Numbered from the stretch's first letter, positions 30,601-42,618 are shown. The stretch: 64,000 nucleotides of DNA from an uncultured delta proteobacterium (GCA_963816395.1 CAWFKQ010000007.1:352001-416000), one strand, 5' to 3'. Program-made: numbers and translations. Notes: generated by a model not told the origin, from the sequence alone.

Positions 30601-33600
30601 GCGTTGACCGCCATCCCCGTTTGCAGCGGGCTGACGCCGGGGCTCGGGTCGGGCACGGCGCTGCCGTTGAGGGTCGTGCTGTTCGCCACGTAGCTGGTGT
30701 TGGCGGGAATGTTGTCGCGAAGACGGACATTCACCGCATCCTCGGTCCCGATATTCCTGATGGTGAGGGTGTAGCGCAGGGTGCCGCCGGCCATGAGGAC
30801 CGGGCTGGCGCCCAGCACCGTCGAGGTCTTCCATACCTGGAAGGTCGGTGCCGAGGTGATCAGCGTCGCCGTCGGGTCCTCGTCGCCGAGGACGTTGGGA
30901 TCGTCGGGACCGTTGACGTTGGGATCGTCGCTGTAGATGGGATTGGGGTTCGTGGAGATGATCTGGGCCTGGTTGAGCACCTTCGTGCCGCTGGTGATCA
31001 CCGGCGCCAGCTTGGCCTCGAACTCGACGACGAGGGTGTCGTTGGCCTCCCCCTGGGCGCCGATGCCGAGGTTGCCGACCTTCACCAGCCCGGTGCCCTC
31101 GGCGCCGCCCGTCCCGCTGGTGCCCGTGATGTCGGCCCCGGCGGGAACGCTGACCAGCTTCAGGCTGCCGGGGGCGAACATGCCGGTCGCGTTCAGGCGG
31201 TCGAGCTCATCGACGATGGAGAAGGACGGCAGCCCCACGGTGCCGGTACTGGTGACCTGGATGGTGTAGCGCAGGGTGTCGCCGGGACTGGCGCCGCTGC
31301 CCGGATTCTGCCCGGTGGTCACGTTCTGCACGGTCTTGCGGAACACCAGAATGGGCGCTTCGGTGGTGACCGTATGCGCATCCTGATGGTCGAGGGTGCC
31401 CGGCGTGCCGTCGGTCAGGTCGCGGATGTAGATGTGCGGCGCACCGGCCGGCGACTTGGCGGGGTCGGCGCTGAGCCAGCGCGTCACCCCGGCGATGTTG
31501 GTCAGCGCGATCCCGTTCGCGGTGCCCGGCTCGAGTTCGGCGTCGTAACGAACGAGCAGGCGCTGATCCGGCGCCAGCCCACCGGCGGGCGACAGCAGGT
31601 CGATGCTCCATTCGCAGGTGGGGTCGCCGGCGAAGTTCACCGCGAAACCGGTCCCCGGCGCCAGGGGAGCGGAGACGGCCGTCACCCCGTCGGCCTGGAA
31701 AATCTGCGCCGTCACGTTGCTCGGGGCGGCGCACATTCCCCCCTGCGGGCCATGGGGGAGGCGATCGGTGATGGTCGGGTTCCAGGCGGTGGCCGCGCTC
31801 GGATTGTGAATATTCAGGGTGAAGGTCGCGGGGTTGCCCGCCTTCATGGTCAGCGGACCACTCTTCTCCAGGGTGAGCGCCTCGGGACCGGTGATGCTCA
31901 TGTTGCCCGTGGTGTCAGCGCCTCCGGGAGACCGGGTCGCCGGGTCGTTGTCGATCCGGTCGTAGGTATACGAGGCGGTGTTGTTGAACTGCAGGCCGCT
32001 GATATTCTTCGGCGTGTCGTTCAGCACGACGGTGATGCCGAGGACGATCTGTTCGCCGGCCGGGATCTCGATGCCGCCGGCCGGGTCTTCGATCACCAGG
32101 TTGGTGACGGTTCCGGTATTGACCGGGGTCCATGACTGGGAGCCGGAGACCTTGGTGACGCTGACAAAGCTCAGGTCCGCGGCCGAGGCGCTCAGGTCAT
32201 CGAGGATGCGCACGTCGTGCAGGGCGGTGGCCTGCGGCGTGGCGGGTACGGTCAGGCGATAGGTGAACGGCTCGCCGACCGCAGCGGTAAGTACGACCGG
32301 GTTCTGCTTGGCGAGTGCTCCGGGGGTGGCCGTGGTGAGCGTGCTGGCGGCGGCGTTGGTCGGGCCATAGACCTCGCGATTGGCGGCGCTGCCGCTCGGC
32401 ACGTCATTGTTGTCAAATGAGTAGTAGCGCGAGGCGACTGCCGAATTGGTCAGGGTCAGCCCGGCGCCGAGACTGGCATCGGCCGACACCTGGTAGACGA
32501 TGCGCAGGGTCTCGCCCGCCGGTATGGTGTAGGCATCGGCGGCTCCGCTATCGAGGTTCCAGGTCGCAACACCCGTGGCCGCGTTGTAGTCCGGGGGCAG
32601 GTTCGGCAGGGTGCGAGCGGCATGTCACCAGCGTGATGCTGGTGGTGGTCACCCCACCCTGGCGCAGCCCCACCGGCAGCGTATCGGTGAGCACGGTGTC
32701 ATAGGCAGGCGCAGCACCGCTGTTGGTGATATCGACGGTGTAGCTGATCGTTTCACCGGCACCGATGACGGCGTCGCCGCCGGCCGGAGCCGCACTTTTG
32801 GTCACCGCCAGCATCGGCTGCAGAACATAAAGGGACTGGCTGGCGCTCTTCGGCGTCGCGGGAACACCGCCGATGGTGTAGCCCAGCGTGGCGTTGTTGG
32901 TCAGGGTCTGCGTCGTGGGCGTCTGCGCCAGCACATGGTTGTTGAGCACCCGCGCCCGATATCTGATCACCAGGGTGTCGTTGGCCGGGTCGTTGTCGCT
33001 CGCGTTGACCACGGTGCCCAGATTCCAGGTCAGGGTGCCGGTGGCGCCTGCCGCCGGTTGGGAGGCCAAGTTGTAGGTAAAATTGCTGCTGCCCGAGGCA
33101 GGGGTGATGCTCGCCAGACTGTCATAGGCCATGCCCGCCGGCAGGATGTCGGTCAGCACCACACCCGTGGTTGTGCCTTCCTGCAGGCCGAGGCGCAGTT
33201 CGTAATCGATGAGGTCGCCGACCCGCACATTGGAGCTGCCGTCATGGTAGGTGTCGCTCACATACGTCTTGGCCAGGGCGGTGTTGTCCCCCACCGTCAG
33301 GCTGGTGGCGGCCGTGGCGAAATAATCGTTCCAGGCCGGCGTCCCGCTGCCGTCGCGCTCGTCGGTGCTGGGGCCGCTGAGACTGGTCCAGCGCGCCGTC
33401 ACGCTGTTGGTCAGGGACTGCCCGGCGCCGACACTGTCGAGCACGCGCACCTTGTAAATGACTTGAACCGTAGTCCCTTCGGGGATATCGATGCCGCTCC
33501 AGGTCAGGGTCTGCGGCGTCGTGATGCCGTCACCGCTCACCGCCGGATCGACAGCAACGCCACCCACTGTCGCGCTGCCGGGCTCGTAGGTGAGCCCGAG

Positions 33601-36600
33601 GCTGAGCGCATCGACAACACCGGTATCGAACGCTTCGGATTTGTCGGTGCCGCCCTGGGCCTGCAGATTCACCGTATAGGTCAGGGTGTCGCCCGCCTTG
33701 GGCGCCGTCGTCGGGGCAACGCTCTTGGTGAGGTTGATCAGAGGCTCGACGATGGTGAGCGGGCCGCTGGTGGCGTCGGTCGCCGCGCCGGCAGGGATGC
33801 CGGTGTAGGTATAGGAGGCCGTGTTGGTGAAGCTGACGCCGGCATTCGCCGTGGTGTTGTCGGCCACCCGCGTATGGAGGGTGATGATCACCTGCTTTCC
33901 CGCCGGGATCTGCGCGATGGTCAGGTTCACATTGCCCGGCGCAACGCTGTTGTCGGTCAGGGTCACCGGATTGCCGCCATTGTCGACCGCCGTGGCGCCG
34001 GCATACTCCAGGGCGCCGTTCAGGGTGTCGGTCACCACCACATTGCTCAGCGCCGCATTGACCGCCACCCTCGGCACCGTGATCCGGTAGACCGCCTCTT
34101 CACCGATGGTCACCTCGCCGCTTGCCGGGGAGACCACGCTCTTGGCCAGCGGTTGGACGGCGACCGGGTTGGTCATGATGAAGGGCGTCGAACTCAGCGG
34201 TCCATACTTCTGTCCCGTCGTGGTCGGTGCCGCCAATGACCAGTATTCGTCCAGGGTTGTGCTGTTGTTCCAGGTCTGGTTCGGCCCAACGTCGGGGCGG
34301 AGGCCGATGGTGTAATCGATGGTGGCGCATTCGGTCGGATTGACCGGCGTGTTGAGCACAAAGGTCATGGTCCGATCGAGGGGGGTATACGCGTAGACGT
34401 AATCGGTTCCGGCGGTCAACACGGTGCTGCCGACGGTCACCACCGGTACGCTCATGCCGGCCTCATTCATCTGGCTCGCCAGCACATCGGTGAATTTGGC
34501 ACTGTACGCCGGGGCCGATCCGTTGTTGCACGACTGCAGGTGGAACGGCATGACGTCGGACAGGATGTTGACGTTGGCCGGGCTGGTGAAACCGGTAGCG
34601 GTCTTGGTCGGGGTGCTCATGACCGGCTGCCGCACCGTGATGACGGCGCTGCTGTGCAGACGCGCCGCGGCGGGATCATTCCCCGTGTAGGAAAGGGCCA
34701 CGCTGTTGGTCAAGGTTGTCGAGGCCGTCTGGGCGAGCGTATCTTTCGCCACCCGCGCCCGATATTCGATGACCAGGGTGTCGTTGCCGGCGTCGTGGTC
34801 GATGGCATTGTTGATATCGCCCAGCTGCCAGGTGAGGGTGCCGGTCTGGCCGGGCGCCGGGACATTGGCCGCCGGGATATCGGCGTAGCTGAAGGCGCCG
34901 GCGGCGGAGAAAGGCGCCGTGGCGTCGCCATTGACACTGACCACGCCGTCGAAGGCCAGGCCGGCCGGCAGCGAATCGGTGACCACCACATTCTGCAGCT
35001 GCCCTTCGCGCAGGGTCAGAGCGAGGCGGTAAACGACGGAGTCGCCGACGCGCAGAATGGAGTCGGTGCCGGTGCTGGCTCCGCTGTCCCAGGAATCGGA
35101 GACCACCGACTTGGCGACGGTGGTGGTATCGGTGGTGGCGACGGCGGCGGTGACCGGTCCGAAGCAGTAGTCGTTGAGCGGATCGGCGGTCGGGCAACCG
35201 GCGCCGGTGCGCTCGTCGGTGCTGGCGCCGTCAAGGGAGGTCCAGTCCACATAGGCGCTGTTGTTGATCGGCAGACCGTTGACCGACACCACGGTCGCGC
35301 GATAGGTCAGCGCCAGCGACTGGCCGGCGGGGATGTCGAGGGTATCATCGCCGTTCTGGCGCCCCCAGGCCAGGCCGCCGCCGGGCAGTTGGGTTGGATC
35401 CGCGACAAAACCCGAAACGGGGACGCCGCCGATCCTGGCCGTCGCGGACCCGGGGACCAGCGAGACGTTCACCGGCAAGGTGTCGACGATGTCGGTATCA
35501 AAAGCGGTGGAGTTGCCACTGTTGGGAATGGTGACGCATACTCGAGGACGTCGCCGGCCGCGGCAGGATCGGTGGCCGGTTTGTTCGCCGGCGTGACGAA
35601 TCGCACCGTCTTGCTGGCCGCGGTGATGGCCGGCTCGACCACCTGCATGTCGAGGGTGGTGCCCGCGCCGCCGGCCATTTGCGTCGCGTCGTTGCCGTTC
35701 ATCCGGTTGTAGGTGTAGGACGCGCTGTTTTTGAAGGGCAGGCCACTCTGGTTGGTGGTGGTGTTCATGCAACTCTCCCGTAATCTCGATGACCGCCTGG
35801 CCGTTGGCGGGGATGTCGATCCCGGTGGCCGTGTCTTCAATAATGAGGTTGGTGGCACTGCCGGCATTGCTCAGGGCCCAGGTGCCGCCGGATACCACGT
35901 TGGCACTGACAAAGCGCATGTTGGCTGCGGCGAGGCCCAGATCGTCCAGGATCCGCACATCGTACAGGGGCACGGCGGTGGGGGTCGCGGGCACGGTGAT
36001 GCGGTACTTGAACTGCTCGCCGATGGTGGCGCTCGCCTGGCTATTCGCCTTCGCCAGCGGGCCGGGAGACTGGATCACCACCCGGGTGGGGTCCGCGGGA
36101 GCACCGGGCGGAGCGATGCCGTTGACGTACGGGTCATCGCTCTCTGCGGTGAGGCCGGCGGCGGTGAGGGTGGCCTGGTTGTCGACCGCGGTGCCGTTGG
36201 TGAGGGTCGATTTCAGGGTGATCTCGAACTCGATCACGAGCTCGCTGCCGACGGCGACGTTCAGAGGGGTGATATCGCCGCTGATTTCCAGCCGGCCACT
36301 GGCGGGATCAAAAGTGTATTTGGCGCCCGCCGGGGGAGGCGTAACCATGGCGAACGTGGTCAGATCGAAGCGGTTCGGATCCAGCAGGTCGCTGATCGTG
36401 ATCCCGTCAATCGTCTGGTCGACGTTGAAGAGGCGCAGCCGGTAGCGCAGCCTGTCACCCGGAGCGGCGGTGACGGCCGGGTTGGCGCCACTGGTCAGGT
36501 TCTCGACCGTCTTCTGAAAGTAGTAGCCGGCCAGCGCCGTCGTGATGGTTTCGCTGTCCTGAAAATCCGCTACGCCCGGTGTGCCGTCGGTAAGCGGGCC

Positions 36601-38043
36601 CTTGTCGTATTGGCGGCGGCTGGTAAGACTGCTGTCGCCACTGAACCAGCGGGTAGCGCCGGCGACATTGGTCAGCGTTATGCCGTCTTTGCTGTCGCCG
36701 TCGAGCTGAGACTGGTAATTGATGATCAGGTGCTGAGAGGGTCCGACCTTGGCCGTGGGCGTATCCAGCAGGGTCAGGCTGAGCTGGCAGGTGGGCGCAC
36801 CGCTATAGGTGACCGAGTAGTCGGTGCCCTGGGTCAGGTCCGAGACCAGGGTGCCGTCAGCCGCGGCGATCCGGGCGGTGACCCCGCCCGGCGCCGTGGT
36901 GGGGTCGTAGTCGCACATGCCGCCTTGGGGGCCGTCGGGGAGCTGGTCGAGGATCGTGGCGTTCCAGGCATCGCTGCCGCCGGTGTTCTCGACGTCGATG
37001 GTAAAGGCCGCCGGGACCCCCAGGTTCAGGGCCGTCTCACTGCTCGTCTTGTTGACGACGAGATTGGGCCCGACGATGGTCATCGGTGGCGTGATCCCAT
37101 CCTGCCCGGGGAGGGGCTCATATTGCGTTCCGTTGATGATCCTCCCCAACTCCCAATGGGCGGTGTTGATGAACTGCGTCCCCGGCACGTTCGCCGGGGT
37201 GTCATCGAGGACGACCGTAAGCTTGAGCACAACCTGAGAATTGGCCGGGATCCTGGCAAAGGACGCGTTGTCGACATAGGAGAAGACGAGGTGCTTGTTA
37301 TCCCCCGAGTTGGCCAGTGAGCCCAGCGCGGTTGTGGTGCCGTCGCTGTTTTTCAGGTAGGCGGTATTGCTCAGGTAGGTGAGGTTCGCGCCCGTGGCGG
37401 TGAGATCGTCGGTGATTTCGATGTTGTACAGGTCGGCGGTGTCCGGGCTGCCGGAGTAGACGTAACCCGACGGCGTCAGCGTCGCCATGTCTGAAAAGGT
37501 GAGCGTGTAGGTGAAGGGCACGCCGATGGTGGCCGTGGTCCGGCCCGCGGGGTTCTCCTTATGGATTCCATCTACCGGTATAATAAATTCCTGGCAACTC
37601 GTGCTGATGTTGTTATATGAGCCGTTACTCCACCACATCGAAAAGGTAGATTGAGTGGGGTCGTTACACGACATGTTGCCGTCGTAGAAAACGTTGTCGA
37701 AGACAATCAGATACGATGCATGATTGGGGAATTGGAAGTTAATGAGGGTAAATGGCAGTCCGCCCACAGACTGCGGAAAGTTCTTTATCGTGCAGTCCCG
37801 GTCGATCCCGAGCGTGCTGGGAAGCTGCGAAATATTGAGGGTATTGCCGTCAATCACGCCGCCTGGGTAATCGGAGCACATATCGCCCGCCGCCTGCGCG
37901 GAAGAGGCCGCGCCCAGCAACAGGGCGAAGAGGAGCAGCAACAGGCCACCTAACCTGATGCCGCGGGCTGAAAGGCCAAGAGCACCGCTGGCGGCGCTGG
38001 TCAGCAGGTTCCAGGTTTTCGACACGTTTCTCTTCTGCGGCAT
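27659..38043 (-). CDS. Giant repetitive surface protein (~3,450 aa): tandem DUF11 / pilin D2-like Ig domains plus SdrD-B-like C-terminal domains; split by indels
   Basis: Long signal peptide ending AASSAQA. Many repeats of K(S/T)V....GD.L.Y.I.V.N.G...A....(I/L).D.LP and ..N.A. C-terminal IGKVFDDRNLNGYQDPEEQGLAGVRV. Frame changes near 35770, 35540, 32620 and 30100. Confidence 0.85.
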
Positions 38044-38130
38044 ATTCGGCGTTATGGGTTCCCTGCGTCGTTTCAGTAAGTTCTTTGATCCGTTTATTTT
38101 TTCTCTCTTAGGCACGGCGAATTTCCCTGA

Positions 38131-38168
38131 AAACAAAAAACGCCCACTCTTCCGCCGAAGATGAGCGC
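38131..38168 (-). terminator. Intrinsic terminator of the downstream riboswitch
   Basis: Minus strand GCGCTCATCTTCGGCGGAAGAGTGGGCGTTTTTTGTTTT. Confidence 0.85.
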
Positions 38169-38215
38169 TCTTGGAATATTCCACGATTGCCGGGGGCCCA
38201 AGATACATGACTCAT

Positions 38216-38310
38216 CTCTTCGGCAACCCGGCTGTCCGCCTTCGCTTGTGGCTTCGGCGGACCCGTGGCTTTGCGTCACCAGATTTCTCTGGTTTTGCCC
38301 TTTCGGAGAC
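38216..38310 (-). ncRNA. c-di-GMP-I (GEMM-I) riboswitch aptamer 2
   Basis: Minus strand GAAAGGGCAAAACCAGAGAAATCTGGTGACGCAAAGCCACGGGTCC...GGACAGCCGGGTTGCCGAAG: GGCAAA, GAAA-capped P2, GACGCAAAGC and 3' AGCCGGGTTGCCG hallmarks. Confidence 0.92.
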
Positions 38311-38354
38311 CCTTTTGTTCAGTAACGATGGTGTTTAATTAGGGTCGAATTCCA

Positions 38355-38391
38355 ATAAAAAAGCGCCTTCTTCTGGCCGAAGATGAGCGCT
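38355..38391 (-). terminator. Intrinsic terminator of the upstream riboswitch
   Basis: Minus strand AGCGCTCATCTTCGGCCAGAAGAAGGCGCTTTTTTATT. Confidence 0.85.
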
Positions 38392-38433
38392 CCTGGAGTA
38401 CTCCTGAATTGCCGGGGCCCAAGATATGACTCA

Positions 38434-38552
38434 CCTCTTCGGCAACCCGGCTATCCGTCTCAACCTGTAGCTCCACCTAAGCTTCGGTGGACAAGTCGAC
38501 GGACCCGTGGCTTTGCGTCACCAGATTTCTCTGGTTTTGCCCTTTCGGAGAT
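38434..38552 (-). ncRNA. c-di-GMP-I (GEMM-I) riboswitch aptamer 1, with longer P3
   Basis: Same core as aptamer 2 over the first ~50 nt. Different, longer P3 insert. Ends GGATAGCCGGGTTGCCGAAGAG. Confidence 0.92.
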
Positions 38553-38595
38553 CTTCCTTTGCAATGACCTGTGCAAGTCTTGTATGTCCCTCATA

Positions 38596-38611
38596 GGCAC
38601 AAACCATTCCA
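38596..38611 (-). promoter_or_regulatory. Possible sigma54 promoter upstream of the riboswitch tandem
   Basis: TGGAATGGTTTGTGCC has GG-N10-GC spacing ~45 nt upstream of aptamer 1, but departs from consensus. Confidence 0.35.
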
Positions 38612-38999
38612 GCAAACGCAGGGTCCTCCTGTTTGACCGTAACACATGAGAATATTGCGGTTAAATGCTTTTTTGGAAGATTGCAAATGCGGGGAGCAGC
38701 CGCTTTGATCGACAGCAGGGTGACACGATGCGTCATTGGAAGCGGTTATTTTTCTTTTCTTAAAGAGAGGTGACGCGAATTGTCATCGAATGCAGTCTTT
38801 TCATGAAATGGGTATATAGGCAGGGGTTATTTACAGAGAGAGAAATGTTCAGCAAAAATTTAGCGCCGGGGATAATGGATGCGGAATGGACACGACCTGG
38901 CCGGGTAGCTCCGAACGGCAAAAGGAGGAGTGCGCGGACAGGCAGCAGAAGGGAGCAGAGAAGGGAAAAGGGGCGAGTTTAGATCCTGCGGCAGCGAAA

Positions 39000-40559
39000 T
39001 CAAGTCACTGGCGCCGGGTTGAACAGCACCAGATCATTGTGCAGGCCGAGCCGGTCGGCAGCTACCTGCCTGCGTCCGCTCGCCACCTGGAGAATCAACT
39101 GGAAAAGCTCCCAGCCCACCTCGGCGATGCTCGCTTCTCCCGTGGCGATGCGGCCGGCGTCGAGGTCGATGAGATCATGCCAGCGCAGGCTGAGAGCGGT
39201 GCGCGTGGCAACCTTGATGACGGGAGCCATCGCCAGCCCGTAGGGGGTGCCGCGGCCGGTGGTGAACACCTGCAGGTTGATGCCGGCGGCAAGTTGCAGC
39301 GTGCCGCAGACAAAATCGCTGGCCGGCGTTGCCGCGAAGACCAGCCCCTTGCGCCGCAGGCGTTCCCCGGGGCCTAGAACGTCGACGATCGTGGTGCTGC
39401 CGGACTTGACGATGGAACCCAGCGCCTTCTCCACGATATTGGCCAGTCCCCCGGCCTTGTTGCCCGGGGTCGGGTTGGCGCTGCGGTCCGCTTCCCCCGC
39501 CTGCAGATAGCGATCGTACCAGGCCATTTCCCGCAGCAGGGCCTGTCCCACCGATTCGTCGGCGGCCCGGGGGGTGAGCAGATAAATGGCATCCCGGACT
39601 TCCGTCACCTCCGAGAAGAGCACGGTGCCCCCGGCCCGGACGATGAGGTCCGCCGCGTAACCGACCGCGGGGTTCGCGGTGACCCCGGAGAAGGCATCGC
39701 TGCCGCCGCACTGCAGGCCGACAACCAGGTCGGAGGCCGGGCAGGTTTCACGGCGGCGCCGATTCAACTTTTCGAGCCGCCGCTCGGCCATCTCCATCAT
39801 CGCCTCGGCCATGGCGCCAAAACCGTGGAAGGCTTCATCCTGCAGGGTGAGGATCGGCGAGTCCGCAATCCCGTGGGCAACGCTTTGCCGGATGGTCGCC
39901 GGCACCAGCCGCTCCGGTTCCAGTTTTTCGCACCCCAGGCCGACGACCATCACCTCGCCACCCAGGTTGGGGTTGAGTGCCAGGTTCTGCAGGGTCCGGA
40001 TCGGGACGATGGCGGCGGGAGCATTGATCGCCACCCCACAGCCATAGGTGTGGTTAAGCGCGACTACGTCGTCGACGTTCGGATAGCGGGGGAGAAGTTC
40101 CTGCTTGATACGCCGGACCAGGTAATTCGCCACGCCGGCGACGCACTGCACGCTGGTGACGATGCCCAGCACGTTTTTGGTGCCGACACTACCGTCGGGG
40201 TTGCGATAGCCCTCGAAGGTGTAGCCTTCCAGGGGAGGAAGATCTGCCGGCTTTCGTGACGCGAGAGGGATGTCCTTGAGGGCCGGCGCCTCGGGCAACC
40301 CGACGAGGGATTCTTCCACCCAACTTCCGCGTGCGATGGTTTTTACCGCCCGGCCGACAATTTCCCCGTAACGGATGATCGGAGCACCTTGCGGGATATC
40401 GCCAAGTGCCACTTTGTGGCCCTGGGGAACGTCCTGGCGCAAGACGGTATCATCATCCAATTTCGCTCCCGCTTTCAAGCCGTTGGCATTGACGACGATG
40501 GCAACGTTATCCAGTTCGTCGACTTTGATTAAAACTGCCGGTTCGTTAACCGCGTTCAT
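39000..40559 (-). CDS. garD: Galactarate dehydratase (UxaA/GarD family)
   Basis: SAF domain (DNVAIVVN...VPQGHKVAL). Motifs [31 protein letters not shown]-terminal LFNPAPVT. Confidence 0.92.
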   Translation of the reverse strand: MNAVNEPAVLIKVDELDNVAIVVNANGLKAGAKLDDDTVLRQDVPQGHKVALGDIPQGAPIIRYGEIVGRAVKTIARGSWVEESLVGLPEAPALKDIPLASRKPADLPPLEGYTFEGYRNPDGSVGTKNVLGIVTSVQCVAGVANYLVRRIKQELLPRYPNVDDVVALNHTYGCGVAINAPAAIVPIRTLQNLALNPNLGGEVMVVGLGCEKLEPERLVPATIRQSVAHGIADSPILTLQDEAFHGFGAMAEAMMEMAERRLEKLNRRRRETCPASDLVVGLQCGGSDAFSGVTANPAVGYAADLIVRAGGTVLFSEVTEVRDAIYLLTPRAADESVGQALLREMAWYDRYLQAGEADRSANPTPGNKAGGLANIVEKALGSIVKSGSTTIVDVLGPGERLRRKGLVFAATPASDFVCGTLQLAAGINLQVFTTGRGTPYGLAMAPVIKVATRTALSLRWHDLIDLDAGRIATGEASIAEVGWELFQLILQVASGRRQVAADRLGLHNDLVLFNPAPVT

Positions 40560-40642
40560 AGAATTACCTGGTTCTTGGGTCAAACTCCGCCAGCCCTGAC
40601 TCATTCTTCCGTCATTGAACTGTACACGAAAAACCCCACCGG

Positions 40643-42154
40643 TCATCCCTGGGAATCCCCCCGGCCATGGTTTCGGGACGACTTGACCGACGAATAGATT
40701 GAATAGCCGATGGAGAGCAGGATCAGCACCCACAGGAACACCGCAATCGGGCTTTTCGTAAAGAAGATCGTCAAGGTGCCGAACGATTCAAGGGTTTTCA
40801 CAAAATAGACCTCGGCCGACTTGCCGAGAATGAAACCGATGATCAGGGGGGCGATCTCGATGCCGATCTTCTGCGCCGCCCAGCCAAAGACGCCGAAGAG
40901 CAGCAAGGTCCAGACGTCGAACATTATGCCGTAATTGATCGCATAGGCGCCGACGACGCACATCATGATGATGATCGGGTAGAGGATGTATTTCGGCACG
41001 GTGATGACCTTGGCGACGTACTTGATGGCAAAGAACATGACCAGGAACATGACCAGGTTGCCGACCAGAAGGGACATCATGATGTGGTGCCAGATATCCA
41101 GGTTTTCACCGATAAACAGCGGTCCAACCTGGATCCCCTGGAGAGTGAAGGCCCCGATCAGCACGGCCGTGGTACTGTCTCCGGGGATGCCCAGAGACAG
41201 CAACGGGATGAGGGCGCCGCCGGTCAGACCGTTGTTTGAAGCTTCTGACGCGATAACCCCTTCGGGAACGCCGGTTCCCATTTTGGCGGGATCCCTGGAG
41301 AAGTTTTTGGCCTGGGTGTAGGACAATATCGACGCCGCGCTCCCGCCGATCCCGGGGAGCAGACCGATGAAGGTGCCGATGAAGCCCGACCGGAAGAGAT
41401 TGATGATCTGACCCTTGAAGATCCCGAAGGAGAATTTTGCCCGGGCCGAAAGGTTCACGTCGGCGCATAAAGGCTCCTCCCGAACCCCCTTCTCCGCCTC
41501 CTCCAGGATCATCGCCAGACCGAAGAGGCCGATCAGCACTGGCAGCAGGGAGAAGCCGTTTTCCAGGTAAGGCACCATGAAATCGAACATCAGCCGCGTC
41601 TTGCCGTTGCCGCCCACGGAGATATCGTAAGTGCCGACCAGGCTCAGCCAGACCCCGAGCGCCCCGCTGAAAATGCCCATCAGCATATTTTTGGAAAGGG
41701 AGGCAATCACGGTCAGGGCGAAAAGGATAATCAGGAACTTTTCAACGTAGGAAAACTTGATGGCGAAATCGGCCAGAAGCGGGGCGCAGAAAAGCAAAAT
41801 GGCTGCACTCAACAGCCCCCCGAACAGGGAGGAGACAATGCCGACCTTCAGGGCTTTTTCGCCTTCCCCCTTCTGGGTCATGGGATAGCCGTCGAAGGTG
41901 GTGGCAATCGAAGAGGGCGTGCCGGGGATGTTGAGCAGAATCGCCGGGACCAGGCCGCCGGAGATGCCACCGACGTACAGACCAAGCAGCAGGGCCAGTC
42001 CCAGGTTCAGGTCGAGGGAATAGGTCAGCGGCAGGCAGACGGCCACGGCCATGGTCGCCGTCATCCCGGGAATGGCACCGAAGATGATGCCGATAAGAAC
42101 CCCGACCGAGACCAGCAGGATGGACATGGGGGAGAGAAGCGTCAGAAATTCCAT
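40643..42154 (-). CDS. tctA: Tripartite tricarboxylate transporter large permease
   Basis: Motifs [39 protein letters not shown]. Confidence 0.93.
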   Translation of the reverse strand: MEFLTLLSPMSILLVSVGVLIGIIFGAIPGMTATMAVAVCLPLTYSLDLNLGLALLLGLYVGGISGGLVPAILLNIPGTPSSIATTFDGYPMTQKGEGEKALKVGIVSSLFGGLLSAAILLFCAPLLADFAIKFSYVEKFLIILFALTVIASLSKNMLMGIFSGALGVWLSLVGTYDISVGGNGKTRLMFDFMVPYLENGFSLLPVLIGLFGLAMILEEAEKGVREEPLCADVNLSARAKFSFGIFKGQIINLFRSGFIGTFIGLLPGIGGSAASILSYTQAKNFSRDPAKMGTGVPEGVIASEASNNGLTGGALIPLLSLGIPGDSTTAVLIGAFTLQGIQVGPLFIGENLDIWHHIMMSLLVGNLVMFLVMFFAIKYVAKVITVPKYILYPIIIMMCVVGAYAINYGIMFDVWTLLLFGVFGWAAQKIGIEIAPLIIGFILGKSAEVYFVKTLESFGTLTIFFTKSPIAVFLWVLILLSIGYSIYSSVKSSRNHGRGDSQG

Positions 42155-42174
42155 GGCGAGGCGTCCTTGTCCGG

Positions 42175-42618
42175 TTACGGCAGCGAAATGTTCATCATCT
42201 GGGCCAGAACGAACCAGGCCACTGTCGGTGCAATCAACGCGTTAAGAGTGAGCGCCAGGAATTTACGACGGTCGAGCCCGTGTACGTACAAAAGGGAAAG
42301 AACGAAGATGAAGGGAATCGAGGTAAAGAGAAAACCGAGTCCCATGTTCGGGAAAAACTCCCCCACGTATTCCATGGACAGAAAATAGGCAATGGTCAGG
42401 ACGATCGTTCCGCCGAAGCGCAGTTTGTCGATCTGCTTAACAGAAAATGAGAACGTTCGTTTGCCCCTTCGGAGGTCCCGCAGATAAGGGATCCCTTTGA
42501 CCAGAAAGATCACCATCAGGAGCAGCAGCAGGACGATGGTGACAATCTTCGGAAAAAACAGATGGGATTGGTTAAAGTCTACAGAGACCTTGAACAGAGA
42601 TGAAAAACCCTCATCCAT
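42175..42618 (-). CDS. tctB: Tripartite tricarboxylate transporter small membrane subunit
   Basis: Four TM segments, C-terminal ISLP, located between tctC and tctA. Confidence 0.85.
   Translation of the reverse strand: MDEGFSSLFKVSVDFNQSHLFFPKIVTIVLLLLLMVIFLVKGIPYLRDLRRGKRTFSFSVKQIDKLRFGGTIVLTIAYFLSMEYVGEFFPNMGLGFLFTSIPFIFVLSLLYVHGLDRRKFLALTLNALIAPTVAWFVLAQMMNISLP

Noticed and set aside
4258..37320. Long antisense or alternate-frame ORFs (e.g. 4258..5754 -, 24270..26378 +, 27032..29404 +, 29946..32135 +, 35731..37320 +)
   Set aside because: Shadow ORFs typical of high-GC coding DNA. They overlap well-supported genes and show no motifs.
27659..38043. Programmed frameshifting or phase variation in the giant gene
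   Set aside because: No slippery sites or long simple repeats at the breaks, and the same indel type occurs in housekeeping genes.
38383..38736. Small ORFs over the leader of the giant gene
   Set aside because: They overlap the riboswitch structures and have no coding signature.
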